A stretch of 64,000 bases of DNA, taken from the NCBI GenBank assembly GCA_973895155.1, contig OZ316892.1, positions 16,234,357 to 16,298,356 on the forward strand, given 5' to 3'. A model generated the notes under the pieces. It was given only the letters and a program-made list of their open reading frames with translations. It made no database searches and was not told the origin of the DNA. Below are positions 1 through 13,186 of the stretch, one piece after another (the first letter of the stretch is position 1; the number at the start of each line of letters is the position of its first letter). A program made the translations under genes and the position numbers. Source of the stretch: Marsupella aquatica (taxonomy: Eukaryota > Plantae > Marchantiophyta).

Positions 1-1390
1 GATGAAAGTTACTAATATTTGATGAGATTGACTATTTACTTGAGAAAATTGTCTTCACCATATTGGGATTAAGTGTCTTGTGCTTGAACACCACCACACA
101 CTAATTACTTTCACATTTCATGGAAAATTAATCCGTGGACCCCCATGTTTATCCAAGGAATGTGTATGTGATGAAGTGAAATCAATTTTCAGCAAGGCGA
201 TAACCAATGGTTTTGAGTCTCCTGATGGTCTTGGTGTGTGCTCGTACAAAAGAGAACACTCAAAAGATAGAGAAGATTTATCAAAAAGAAGATTGAATGT
301 TGAGGAATTGAGTTTTTTGATGGTTTTTGCTTACACACTGGAGAAATTATGTTTCTACCACTCCTGATTGATTGTTTGTGAGTTACATTGAGCATTACCG
401 CCACAAGATAGACTGAAGGACAACACTCAGTTGTTGGCGAAAGAGCGCTTGTCAATTTTATGGGAAGAATGCACAAAATGAACGAGCCATCACTTCACAT
501 GAAGGATTTGTAGTTTTTTTATTTAGGAAAACTATGGTGTGAGGGGGGGACCAAAAATTATTTCTTTGACACAGAGGCTGCATTTGGCGTCAACCTGTGT
601 TCAGAGCTTCAGTTGAAGACTGGAGGGATGCGAACAATTTAAGTCGGGAAGCAAGCATTGTGGACAAGCAATGGCGATGTAATCAAAGAAATCAATTTGC
701 AACGGCTAAGTTTGTGACGGTGATGAGATTGTGATATCTCTTAATCGAAAAAGGGTTTCCAATGAGCCTTAGATTGACAAATTTTGTCAAGTTCCAAATG
801 AATTTTTGAATTTTTTTGCCTTCTCATGGGGGTCCGTAATTAATGATGTAAACCATAGTTGACCATCAGTTGTGGAAGTACATACTTAGGACTTCAATAG
901 GCAATAATATAGCACTAAACTTAACTGAAGGACTTAACTGAAGGCCAGACTTGGCAACCTTGATTCAAATAAACACCAGCCCCAATTAACACCAGCCCCC
1001 TTACAGATTGTTTACTGATTTTTTCAATTTACTATTTTGTTGCACACCCTTGGAATGAAATGTATTTTAGTCAGTCAGTCTATGCATTCCAATTTGGCCC
1101 AAAATTCATAGTTTAGGTGATGCATTTAATTTCATTCTAGCATAATAAGCTAGTGTGGCTAGATTTCATGATTGTGGCATTTTACTCTGCAGCTCTTGAT
1201 TAATACAGCTCTTGATTACCCAACTTTGAACCATACTATGTCTAAATAGCTCAATTGTCTAAATAGCCAATGCCCCTGCGTTGCATAGTACTGTTGAACA
1301 ATATGTGATATTGTGGGGAAGTGTTGTCAAATACAAGTGAGTGAGATGGCTAGGTAATTGGACATTAAGGGGAGTCAGCAAGTCGCTCTG

Positions 1391-1570
1391 ACAACTAGTC
1401 AAGGAGCCAAGTAGTCAAGGAGCTGCACCACAAGTCGGTTTGACAACTAGTCAAGGAGCAGCACAGAGAGTGACCGGTTGGGTGCAAAAAAGGGCATGCA
1501 TTGAGAGTGACAGGTTTGGTGCCAAAAAGGGCATGCATGGAGAGTGACAGGTTTGGTGCCAAAAAGGGCA
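1391..1570. repeat. Short tandem repeats (TAGTCAAGGAGC-containing units, then about 3 copies of a ~36-bp GAGAGTGACAGGTTTGGTGCCAAAAAGGGCATGCA unit)
   Basis: Directly visible repeats at 1391-1460 and 1466-1570. Confidence 0.8.
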
Positions 1571-2773
1571 CCTTTCCATGGCCATCTCATGGTCACAAAA
1601 CAATCCGTACTCAAATGATCAGGGAGGCTTTCCCAGAATGACATTTCGAGAAAGAAAAATAGTGGGATTGCAGAATTAGGTAGATATCTGGGAGAGTGGG
1701 ATGTACGAGGTTGAAGTAGCAATTTGTAGACTGCTAGCCTTTCTATAGGCTGAATTTGACAACCTACAAAACCAACATCAATTATGAGATTCATTTTGTT
1801 GAATAAATATGACACAGAGGAAGGACTGATGGAACGTAGATGGACAAATGATCTTGGCATAGAAGGTGCCCACCAACCAAACTACAGGATCAACTCTCAC
1901 GGGCAGCCTCACCATAATAGACAGATGTCTTTCGAAAATGGGAGAACTACTTTCAAGTATTCGGAGGAGATGTCATAATGTGCAAATTGAAGACGGCAAA
2001 CAGTTTTGAGCGTAGGTAGAACCCGCATTGACTACGATTCTACGCTGTGCTACTGCTGCCATCTCTAGATTTTGAGCTCAACTCTCGTAAAGACAAACAT
2101 TAGTTGACGCCAGTTGCACTGCCACTCCAATCGACTGCCAGTGGTCGCTTTCATGAGAAGCACGCTAATGTAGCTCACTCAGGACACATACCGAAGAATG
2201 TGTACAGACTCCTTCCGCTTCCCTAGCTTCATTTTGCTGGAATGTGTATTTTATTTTCCTCTTCCTCTGGGATTTAGCTTTGTAAATGCGAATGTCACGT
2301 GTCTTTCAGTATCGATCCAGAACCTTTTGCAACATGCTCATCACAGAGATGTAGACCATGGCAAACCAAAGTGGCACCAAAATTGTGGTGCTTGAAAACA
2401 GAACCGAGATACTTGGCTGAGATAGAACAATCTGTCCAGCCTCTTCAAACTCCAGCTTATAGAGCTGTTGTTCATTGTGAAGGAGATCATGAACTATGCT
2501 CCGGAATTGACGCGCCCACTTCTATCTAGCAGTCAACTGGACAAGTGATGTATTGCCATCCGTCTAGCGCCGGAACGGATATGGGGAGGAGCTCTCAACA
2601 CGAGCAAACTTCGCTTACACTTTCTTCGATATCGAAATCGCTAATGAAGCGCAACTGCTAGATCCGAAGCTGCCCACCTAGGAATGCTCCTCTCTACTGT
2701 TGTGCTGGCCCCATCTGGTTCACACATCAAGACGGCCAATCGGAAAGATCATCGACAGGGAATAAAATAGACG

Positions 2774-4096
2774 TCACCTGTATATTGTAACTGGAGGAAC
2801 TCGAATGGCTGTCTCGCTAAAAAACGGGATAGAGGAGGTTCTGTTGAACGCCAAATCGTCGTAGAAAAGGTACTCCGCCACATAGTCATGGAGGCTGAGC
2901 TCGGCTTTCTGATTTGTGTGATAATGATGTTTGGGCCCCTGTTTGCCAAACCCTAAAAGATCTACCTTCTCACACAGCCCTAAGGCAAGAACGACAGCTT
3001 GCAAACCGGAAGAATAGTGGAAGTCCATCGCGTTGTGATCCTTCGCCCACCTCCGAATTGGATTGCCAGTGACCTGCACGTAATTTTTCACCGAGTACCA
3101 TTTGACCAGCCTGGTGCATAGAGTGTCAAATCGAGGATCGGTGACAATCACGGGAGCATTATGGTGCGGCTCGCAGAATGCCGTGTCCATCAAATGCTGG
3201 ACTTGGCAGAGGTACAGGACGATGGGTATATTTCCATAGGGATGGCAGAAGCAATTCAGCCGACGAGAGCAGTCGTGGTAGACATTGCTATTGACAAAGG
3301 ATACAGTGGTCTTTGATCCAACGAATTCTTCGAAGCCGACAAGCTTCGCATTGTTCAAACGGATTACGACGTCATGGCTGTCGATGAATGATCCCAGGTG
3401 CTGACTAAGAAGTATACCGCTGTTGCCAACAACTGCACAAGTTCTATATCGCTCCTCCCCATCGTGATCCAGGCGCCCTTGCGGATTCCCTTGCATATTG
3501 TAAAAATTGTCGAGGGTCTTCTTCATGGTCCCCATGACCTCCTCCATCACGAGCGGGTCGTGCATTTTGTTTCGAGACCAGATCCGTAATAACTGACGGA
3601 ATCGTGGCCAAAAGCTATCGTATCTCGGACTCTGGAGTTGGAGCATCCAGCTCTCGTATCTAGGCCTCACCCTACTGCGGACGTGGGCTAGGTCGACGTA
3701 GTGATCCACTCCTCTCAGGTGAGTCCGTTTGTTTCCCAAATTTCCAAACTGAACTTTGTTTCCTTCCAAGAGCATTTTTATCCTGCGTTTCTCTTGTTCT
3801 TCATTGGGGTCTGTGGCAGCATACGCAAGGAAGGTCTCATTCAAGCCCGACAGCTTGCTCTCACTGTCCCTCGAAAGATAATCAAGAGCAACAGCATCCC
3901 TACCCCAGTTGATGACCGAAGACCCAGTCAAGATCATATGGACATTCTCTTCTCGCAACAGCGGATAGGCCAAGGAGATAAATACACATATTGCTGAGAT
4001 GCAGAAGAGGAGCAGCAATCGAATGAAAAAATTGGAGCAGCGACTGATATTTGCAATTGCCAGCTTGATGGACTCGTTTCTCGGCAACCCGGCCAT
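2774..4096 (-). CDS. Glycosyltransferase family 29 (sialyltransferase-like / beta-1,6-galactosyltransferase GALT29A-like), type II membrane protein, 440 aa, intronless
   Basis: Uninterrupted ORF with an N-terminal TM segment ([22 protein letters not shown]). Sialylmotif L: [12 protein letters not shown]...[14 protein letters not shown]...VGSKTT. Motif S: [24 protein letters not shown]. Motif III: HHYH. Motif VS: HDYVAE. Confidence 0.93.
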   Translation of the reverse strand: MAGLPRNESIKLAIANISRCSNFFIRLLLLFCISAICVFISLAYPLLREENVHMILTGSSVINWGRDAVALDYLSRDSESKLSGLNETFLAYAATDPNEEQEKRRIKMLLEGNKVQFGNLGNKRTHLRGVDHYVDLAHVRSRVRPRYESWMLQLQSPRYDSFWPRFRQLLRIWSRNKMHDPLVMEEVMGTMKKTLDNFYNMQGNPQGRLDHDGEERYRTCAVVGNSGILLSQHLGSFIDSHDVVIRLNNAKLVGFEEFVGSKTTVSFVNSNVYHDCSRRLNCFCHPYGNIPIVLYLCQVQHLMDTAFCEPHHNAPVIVTDPRFDTLCTRLVKWYSVKNYVQVTGNPIRRWAKDHNAMDFHYSSGLQAVVLALGLCEKVDLLGFGKQGPKHHYHTNQKAELSLHDYVAEYLFYDDLAFNRTSSIPFFSETAIRVPPVTIYR

Positions 4097-5642
4097 ATCG
4101 TTGATGCACGCTCCACTTCAGCTCCAATTTTGACCATCTTCAGCACATGTTTAGGCAAATTTTCGCCCACGAACGACACCTGGCTTGGTAAGAACCTGTA
4201 ATCGATATCCGGGCATTCCTCTTCTGGATCACCTTCTCTCCCCGCACGAACACAATCATTCACAGGTTCACACTTACGAGAACGAAAGCGATCACTCCCT
4301 TCCGTCACTCTAGTGAGCCTGCCAATTCCAAGCATGTCTCTCGTTCACCGACTTTACTGCAGTGTACTATACTGTACATGATAATATTTTATCAAACACC
4401 GTCACTTCCCCTCAATCGACCAACGTCATCATCGGACTCCCCGCAAATGCACCCATTTGGATTTGGTCTACGAAACGCCTCGATTCTTCTATCGTTGAAT
4501 GGCTTGTTCAGCCAGCCAGATCCTCCTTTCGTGTCCGAGGTCCTCATTGTTCTCCTCGTCGCACCTAATTGAATCTTGTCGTTTCGTGTCCAACTTCGTG
4601 TGTTTAACTTCTAAATGTCCAGTCAGTGTTCCTATTTTCTGCTTTGGAACGGAGAGTAAATCCTTCTCCAGTTATTAGTGTTCTACTTGTTGTTCGTTCT
4701 GAATCCGAGTGACGAGTGAATGTCGAAGACTTCGCAATTGCGTTAGTCCTGTTTTTGGCATGGCCATTCCGCTTCCCATATCATAAGTGTCCTGTTGTGA
4801 GTTTTCATTAAGAGCACTCCCTTATCAACAGGATCATAATGTATTATCTGGGAAGGGGGCTACTAGACTCTAACCATCTGACTAGAAAGTGAAAAAAATA
4901 GTTGTGGGTTAGCCCCAAAGCTTTCCTGAGCAGGGTTCACATGAAAACCAAGCCCAAAGAGTCTTTATATTTTGTAAATACTTTTGTGATTTATTTATTT
5001 GTATTTTTGAGTGCATTTGTTTTCCATGTAACCTCCCTTCTTTTGAGAGGGGATTATGCAAAATATCATGTATTATGCCAAACACCATGAATGAGTAATT
5101 GTAAAATACAAATATAGTCTTACTATATAAATAAAATAAAGTAATAAATTGTCAAAGATCACAAGATATGCTTTAAATTTATTTCATGTTTTTGGCCAAT
5201 TGTTACTTTATGTAACCACTTCTTGCATGGCCTTTTAACTTCAATTGTCTACTTCAGACATTCATTTTCTTGTCTGTCACCAACGAACAACACTATTTTG
5301 TGCCTCATTAAGAAATTGCCTAAGACCTGGTTTCTTTCGTGTGTGCAGACTACCTTCAAAACAATTGAGATTCAGTTTTTGTGTGCATGCTTTGCACGGT
5401 GGACCCTGCCATCCCATCGGGTATAGGTTAAAAGAGCCTAAACTACATTTAACGTGAAGTGATTGTAACTAATTGACTTCTGGGCAGGGCAGTGAGTGAA
5501 ATAGTGTGAGACCGGGCCTGAAAAAGTGACGAGGGTGATTCAAGGAGAGAAAAAGACGGGTACTCCTTTTGGTAGGGTGTGGGGGGAAATTGAGTCAGAG
5601 TTAATGAGATTCCAGGGATTAGTCTCTCTGAATGTTCTTGAG

Positions 5643-6131
5643 TCATATACCTATTATCAAGTGAATGAGACAAAATTCATGAATGTTGGAGGATGTCACC
5701 ATCTCATCCATTGTCCTCACATAGACTGCCTCTGCACTTACATCCATGACCATATCAGAATCCTCCCTCGGTTTCCTGATCAGGTCTCTCTCATATTTCC
5801 TCCTCTTCTTTTCCAATGCTTGAGGCGAGAGTACTCTAGCCTGAGCTCTCTCATCCCTCTTTCGCTTCCTCTCAGCAGCCGCCTGCTCTGCTGCCTTCCT
5901 TGCATCCTCCTCTACTGCTGCTTGCCCTGCAATGAGACCTGCTTGCAAGGCCTGGCCCATAAGGGCACTCAATGATGCCAGCCCTGCTGGACTGCTGAAA
6001 TCAATTTGACTCAACTGTGCAACCAAAAATTGCTCATCCACATTAATCGCCTTCACTCGATTGGTTGCCTCCACTGCTGCCACAAGCTCTTCTATCACCA
6101 CCAGTCCCCTCTCCGCTTGCCATCGCCCCAC
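5643..6131 (-). pseudogene. Fragment of a CACTA-associated ORF of unknown function, homologous to 36657-36765
   Basis: Peptide VSAEAVYVRTMDEMVTSSNIHEFCLIHLII matches VHAEAVHLRTAEEVVTPSNI*EFCVIHLTI inside CACTA-2. Both copies end at the same AG|GTA putative donor. Confidence 0.5.
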
Positions 6132-6904
6132 CCTTGCCCTCGTCGCTCTCCTGAGGCCTAAATGAACTGAACCCGCCTTGCGGGCTCAGCAATCCATAAG
6201 GATTCAAAAAAATAGGGTTTGCGATGTATATATCTTTGCAAAAAGCTTCGCAAACGCTATCTTTGCAAAGCTCCAGGATTCGCAACCGACTTTGCTATTG
6301 GGTTTTTCCATAACCCCGTCTTGCATGCGTATTTGATGTGTTTTTAAAGATACTAAGGGGGGTTATGAACATTAAATGGGGTAGAAGTAGAGGATTATGT
6401 TGCATTTTAGTGGAATGTGATCATATAAGGATTGGGGGGTTTAGACAATTGAAGGCGTTATATTGGAGGGTACGAGGAGTGGTCTTTTGTTGCGGCTTTT
6501 GGGGTTGGCCAGCTGGTTGGGGCTTATATTGGCTTTTGCAAAGGCTTTTGGGTTTGGGTTGGTTGGGAGGGTTTGCATTTTATGAAGGGTTGGGCGTATT
6601 CTAGATAGTAAAAGGAGGGATTCAATGTGTGGGTATGGGGTTTGGCCTGGTTGGGGAAGGGTTTCTTTTGTGAAGGTTGGGCTTAGATTGGCTTAGATAC
6701 AAGGGGTTTTATGTTTTGGGTTTGTAGGGGGGTTTTATTTTATGAAGGTCTTATATGTATTGGAGGGTAAGAGCTAGGAGGGGTTTTATGTTTTGGGTTT
6801 TGGGTTTTAGGCCAACTTAGGAGGGTTGGAAAGAGAGGTTTGAGTTTATGGTATCTTGGGTTACTTTTATGGTTGAAGGGAATTGACCATTTAGGTTTTT
6901 GCTC

Positions 6905-7930
6905 ACTTCATTCAAGGCTTAGTCTTTTAGAGTTCCCAGGGGTCTACTAGGGTGGATTTTTATTGCATGACACTCACCTTTCACTTGAAGGGGGATGAGG
7001 GTTTGGTTTTTATGCTAACAATTGAGGGAAAACCCATGTATCATGATCCAGCGTAGGACCATCACTACTTCCTCGACTTTTGTCTAATGCATATGCATTG
7101 TGGGAACCCAGACATCTAAAAAGCATATTTAAACATGTATGTTAGTAGGGTTGTTAGTAGAGATTGTTCATAAACCTTGCCCTTCTTTGTTGTGCAAGAA
7201 TATCTATATGTACATGTTTGGGGTTCTACAACTTGAGAGAAGTTAATGACTATCCAAACTTACATTTTGTTTCCAGTATTTTCCTCATGCTTCGAGACTC
7301 AGCTCATATTCATTGAGCCACACGACCTACATGCACTATTGAGTCCGGATCTCATTCAGGTAATTGTCTAACTCCATTCCGGGCTTAGGCCTTTAGAGTT
7401 TTCCCAGGGGTCTAGGGTGGGTTTTTATTGCATGACACTCACCTTTGACTCGAGGGGGGATAAGGGTTTAGAATTTTATGCTAACAATTGAGGGGAAAAC
7501 CCATGTAATCATGATACAGTGTAGGGCCATCACCACTACCTCAACTTTTGTCTAATGCATATGCATTGCGGGAAGCCGGGCATCTAAAAGGGATAACATC
7601 ATGTATGCAGTCAATGTTGTTAGTACAGATTTTTTATGCTTGCCCTTCTTTGTTGTGCCAGAATATATATTCTAGGATTCCACAACTTGACGGCTGCTAA
7701 TTACTATCCAAACGTACATTTTGTTTCCAGTATTTTCCTTCTACTTCTAGATTTGGCTCATGTTCATTGAGCCACGTGACCTATAGGCACTGTTGAGCCC
7801 GGGTCTCATTAAGGTAAATTTTATCTAACCTCACTTAGAACATAGGGTATTACAATTTTCCCAAAAGTTATAATGTGGTTTTTTCGTGCATGACACAACC
7901 TTAATTTGGGTTTCATGCTAAAAAATATAA
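6905..7930. repeat. ~465-bp tandem duplication (two copies plus a partial third) in the CACTA-1 5' region
   Basis: GGCTTAG...TTTAGAGTT..CCCAGGGGTCTA...TTGCATGACACTCACC occurs at ~6917 and ~7382, with downstream sequence alignable. A degenerate third start lies at ~7845. Confidence 0.8.
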
Positions 7931-8020
7931 AAGGGTCATAAAATGCCATGTATAAACCTACGTAATTGTTTTTGAGTTCATTTTTTGGAAAATTGGTTTA
8001 TGGCCTAATTTTTCCTAATC

Positions 8021-9292
8021 ATGCCCTACATGCAAAGTAATGTGGCAGTGGATATGTCCTCTTTCTTTGAACAATCCAGTAGTGAGTACTCCTCCGATGA
8101 CAATATACCCCCTCCTCCTCAGCCCGAGGTTACCGGTCCTCGTGGTCCACCCCGGAGACTTTGTGACTGCACCAGATGTGTGGGCCAAATTTCTCAAAAA
8201 TCTTATGTGTGTGCTCAACATATTGAGAGATATGGACGTCATAGAGGTCTTACTCCCGGGGCTTCTTCGTCCCATATGGTAAGTGTGTTTCAATTGTTTG
8301 TCGTTCTTTACTCTTATTTTTAGAGGTGAATCAATGTTTACACATATGGTTAAATACACATATGGTTAAATACACATATGGTTGTTTATGGGTGTTTGCA
8401 TGGAATAGGGATCCAGTATGTGTAGATTGGTGACACACCCTATGTCCCATCACAAGGAGGTTTAGATGCTATAGGCAATGCACTTTCACAAGCCTTGGGT
8501 CTGGGAATCAGTACTAGTCATGGGACAGAAGAGGAACACCCTCATGTGCCCACTGCATAAGACACAAAGACCCCGGTCCAGGCCCCAGTCCAACAGGAAG
8601 CCACAAGCACCCAATGACCCATCCAGAACACTAGTTCAGGGTAGGTGGGGTGTTTGTTCATTCACTGGCAAGTGTGCCTCTATGATTGGGAACCTATGAC
8701 TCTTGGCTTGCCTTATTTTACCGATTTTGATGAGGGGATTGTGGTTTGGGGTAGACATTGGATTGTGAAAACTTCCACACTTGGAGAGAGACATGGATAT
8801 GGAGTATTTGCTTGTGAGAATATCATCGTGGATGAGGAGGGTGGGTCAAGTGTTTGTGGTAGAGAGGGTCCTACTTTGTTCCCATACGGTGGTCCACCCA
8901 TCTACACGAGAAGACACTAGAACATGATCCTTACACAACATCCTAAGTGGAAAACATATGCCCTAGAGATGGATACTTTTGATGGTAGCACTAGAAGGTA
9001 TAGTGAGGAGCGGGTGATAGACGGTGATCCCATACGTAATGGGAATATTGTTGGATTCATAAATAGTATTGTGGGGTCTCGGCCCAAGCGTAGGGCCAAT
9101 TGTGAGTGGGTTTTTACTAATGGTCCAATGCCAACACCATATGGCATGACCATTGCTTATGATAAGTTGTGCTTAAGGTCCTTATGATATCTTGTGCCAT
9201 ATGGTGCCGGCATTGGACTATTATTAAAAACCCACTCACAATTGGCCATTAGAGCAGGAGAGGAGTTATTCACACACTATGAGTGGGATTAG
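8021..9292 (+). pseudogene. SET-domain gene preceded by a transposase-associated Zn-binding exon (CACTA cargo), disrupted
   Basis: Exon 1 (8021-8278, GTAAGT donor) has LCDCTRC...HIERYG. Downstream SET motifs occur in order: VKTSTLGERHGYGVFACENI, LFPYGG, IDGDPIRNGNIVGFINS, ANC, IRAGEELFTHYEWD* (TAG at 9290-9292). In-frame stops and an inverted duplication disrupt it. Confidence 0.75.
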
Positions 9293-11266
9293 GAAATCAT
9301 GTCCTTTATCCTCTTGTACTTGTTTTGGACTTCCCATTTACTGTTATATATATGGCCTTTGGGCTCATTTAGGAGTAATAAGGTTTTGGCACATGCATTT
9401 ACTTTAATTCTTAATGTCTTGAATGAATGGTGTTAAGTCTATTTTTTAATTTGTTGTACCTGGTCAAATATACATGAAGAGGTTTTTTGGTTGTAATGTG
9501 CATAGAATGTGCTACCATCTCAACAAATGTTACCACGAAGGTTAAGAGCAACATATTGGGAGATGGGTATGCCTAAAGAGAGAGAACCATCAGAGGGTGA
9601 TTCCTCATCAACCCAAGGCTACAAGGCTTGCTCCACTTGTGGCCCAAGCCTTGGTGATATTCATCACATCTTCACAAGATTATTTATCTAAAGTTTCTTC
9701 CAATGGGACATCAGATGAGGCGTGACCCACTACTATTTTCCTCTATTGATATGCCCTTTGGTGATGAGCATGATGTACCTAAGCCAACAACTTTTACACA
9801 CTGGAAAAACATGGCTGCAAGAGTGGCAGACCAGAGGATCCCATCCAATTTGAGGGTAGTGGCTTGACAAGGTGGAGTATATTAACCACTTTGCCCTATT
9901 GGGGTGAGTTGAAGATCCGCCATCTATTAGACCCTATGCACATTGAGAACAATGTGAGAAAGGCTTTGATAAAGGCTTTCTATGGAGAGAAAGACACTAA
10001 CTTCAGGAGGCTTGGAGGCCCGCTTGAAGGACCTTGAGATGCATCCAAACGTGTGAGTCATAAGTGATCCTATCATAGGAATAGAGCATTGTGGTGCGTC
10101 CCATGGCTCCCTAAACCCAAGAAACCCCCCTACACAAGCCGATTCCCGCAGGTTTCGCTCTTGGCGAGGCCGGTTCCGCGGTTTAGCGGCATGGGACGCT
10201 GCTATCTCTCTTCTACTAACATAATTTTACACACATATACTGGACAGATCCTTCATCGGGTCATGAGATATGTAGCCGGTCTATTCTATGCCTTCCCTTG
10301 TCTTCCCCTCCTTATCTTCTTTAGGTATGTTTGGATTCCGCCGCCGGAATGATCCCCAACTGGCTTGGGTTAGCCGCTAAGACCTCTCTCAGCTTGACAC
10401 ATCCAACTCTTACTACCTTGCTTACTTCCTTCTCTCTTTGTTGATGTGGGCAATCTTCAAACAAGTTAATGCGACACACAAATAGCAAAATGACTCCTTC
10501 TGACTGAGTTATACCATGCATTTGCCATACAAACAGTACTTCTCATACACAAGATCTGCAAACTAAGCCGTGAGGCCAACTCTATTCATCTCTTAGGCAT
10601 GAGGAAACATGAATATACACAAGGGTCACTGTATAACTAACCAAGAGCTTCTTCTACTACTTGATCCCAGCCCTACTGGTGCACTAAAAACTTGCTAAAG
10701 AAGAAGGCCCTGAACTCCCCGCTGCCTAGGTACTTATCCTAGCAATGGATCCGCCTAATTCCTTGCAGCGTAAGCCTAATCTATCCTAACTATAATCTAC
10801 CTATGTACAGCGAGGCAGGAGCACAAGTGTTGCTCTTACCAGTGGATCCGCAATCCCACTAATCTAAATGTCAGGGCCGTCGCTTGGTCCTGATCCTAAT
10901 TTCTAAACTTAGAGATTTGCGCCCGTCTTGCCCACTCACGCCTCCTCCCTCCACGTCCATCCTCCTTAAAAGGAGCGGCCCTCCACCACCGTCATGGTAG
11001 CGGTGGCTGATCTTCAATGGACGCCCCCAACGCTTCCTCTGCAGCCACTGCCATAGGTCCGTCCTCTAACAGATTACCTGCCCCGGACCTAGTCAACTCT
11101 CCTGCGGCCTGACCGGGTCCACCCTCGACTTTGGCCTCGGCATCGGTCACGGCATCGGTCACGGCCTCCGATACGGCTACGGCTTCCCCGGCCTGCTCTA
11201 GTGGTGGATCCGGTATACTTGCTTCATCACTGATTGTCCCGGCTTTGGCCTTGCCCTCCCCGCCTT

Positions 11267-13186
11267 CTAGGACAGTTGGATCCTCTGCCTTGACCCTGTT
11301 GAGGTTGGTGCAGGGTTCTCCTCCTTGGTCACGACGGCTTGAGAAGCCGCGTTACTCCCTGATCCAGAAGGTTTCCGCTTCTTGTCCTTCCCCACCCAAA
11401 CAGTTGGTGCTTTCCCCTTGTTGTTTTCTTTTAGCAAGGGTGAGGGTACCACGGCTTGTCGCTCGATTAGACCACGCCTTGAGACCCTGTTGCCGCTACC
11501 GGGGGTCCACTTGTTGCGGCCAGCCGATTTAGCTCCTCAGACTGCTTCCTCAACCACTCAGTTTGGTTGTCCGCCCGCCTCTGCAGATTCTCTATCTTCT
11601 GGATGGCCTCCTTCAGGTCCACCAGGGCTTCGTCTAAATCCCCATGGGCTTGCTCCAACTCTGCTAGGTTGTTGTCCAACTCCTTCCGTAAGGCCGCCCT
11701 CTCCTCCTAGGTTGCCTTTAGGTCTGCGTTGAGCTCATGGACAACATCAAACTTGATTTTATTCATTTTGTCGTAGGTTTGATCGAGCATGTCATCCTTC
11801 TTCTGTAGTTTGGCTTGAAAGTTGGCCAACAGGTCCTCCAGGTCTCCCTTGAACTTGTCGATGCCCCTGTAGGTCTCATCAAGTTTGGCTTGTTTTTGAT
11901 GAAGGGCCTTGCGGCATTCTTTGATCTCATCCTTCAGTGCCCGCTCCTTCCTACGGGCCTCGGTCATGGCTCTGTTGCAGGCCGTTATGTGAGCTGCTTC
12001 TGCCTTCTTCAGTTCCTGCTTCCACTTCTCCTTCTCCTTGAGGGCTCCGGCCAAGTCTTCCTGAGTCTGGGCTAGTTGCCCAGGCTGCATGATACTTATT
12101 TCATGCTTCCTAACTCGCAGCTCATCTTGGGCCTGCTTGGCCACCCTTAACTCTCTGGCCTCGGCTTCCTTCTCTCTTAGCCGTCGGATGACTTCCTCCT
12201 TCTTCATCCTCTCCAAGGCTAGTGCGTCCTTCAACCGGCTTTTCTCCAACATCTCCTTATGGACGAAAGGCCCTATCTCCAATTCTGCCCCAAAGATATT
12301 GAGGGCGAGTAGCCCGCACATCCTCCCATACTCCAGGGCTCTGGAACGTGCATAGGTGGAGTGGTTAGGAGATGTCGGCATCTCCCAACGTGGCCTTACC
12401 ATCCAAGCCGCCCTTCTTATCTCCTCAACCGTGGGCAAGGACACGGCTTGAACCCTTGCCAGTTGCTGAATGTTCTCCGACCATCCACCGCCTAGCAAGT
12501 CCTTCTCCTTGACCAGGGTTGCTTCCTTCAAGTCCATGAATTGCTGCTGCGACTCGTGATCGGCCTGTTGTCTTCCGTCAGACATTGGTGGAGGTACGTT
12601 CGGTGGGGGAGACTTTGGGCTCCCCTGCTGTTGTAGATCCCCCCGCACCACCCTTGGTAGTCTGGGAATAAAACGGCCGCAGGTCCGCACTCTTGGTACC
12701 GAGCGATCCGACCCGTAACCCAAGTCCTCGTGGTATTCCTCCTTGTATTCCCCGTCCTCCGGGCGTCCTGGTGCCTGTCGGTCCTCTCTAGGACTAGCCG
12801 TAAACCCAACCTCCTGCCGGAATTATACAGGGGTGCGGCTTGCTCTTCCGGCTTACGTACCTGACTTCCGCACTCCTTTTCAAGAGTGGGAACCCTGGGT
12901 CCCAGTTCCTCTGAGTCACTAGAGGCTCCTACATACATCCGCACCCCCGGCTCGTGTTCTGGCCTCCTTCTTTCTTTGGCTCCGGTAAAGGGGTTTTCCC
13001 TTGTCATTTTTCTGGTGCCTGTTGTTGCTGCCTCTGGGGGTAGAGCCGCCCTTCTCCTTGGTCAGTATATGCAAGAGGCTCTGCATGGCCGGTTGTTGCA
13101 TTGGCCCAGCTTCCGGCACCTGTTGGAAGACCTGAGCTATCGTGGGATTGCCTGGCAGGTCGGGCTGCTTTGCTGCCGCTCTTGGG
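11267..13186 (-). pseudogene. Y ORF, C-terminal part: Pro-rich linker, helical segment and long coiled coil (a few stops)
   Basis: Chained ORFs 12528-13007, 11707-12723, 11467-11679 and 11267-11452. Homologous to 63070-63774 (VRTCGRFIP.LPRVVRGD, EYG.MCG.LAL.IFG.ELE.GPF). Confidence 0.7.

Larger units (their letters stand above)
6210..10089 (+). mobile_element. CACTA (En/Spm) family 1, 5' part, degenerate and internally deleted; carries a SET-domain gene; no TIR found
   Basis: Subterminal-like TTGCA/TCGCAA repeats at 6220-6330. Transposase-associated CxCxxC...H exon. TnpD fragments: TQGYKACSTCGP at ~9611 and LPYWGELKIRHLLDPMHIENNV...YGEKDT at ~9890-10000. Boundaries are approximate. Confidence 0.75.

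Noticed and set aside
1-490. Short ORFs at the window start
   Set aside because: No recognisable motifs. Possibly a decayed TE fragment, but I cannot assign it.
520-865. Possible MITE (AACTATGGT / ACCATAGTT inverted pair)
   Set aside because: The inverted match is short and no TSD was found, which is insufficient support.
1391-1570. CRISPR-like array
   Set aside because: Tandem units without unique spacers, no cas genes, and a eukaryotic context.
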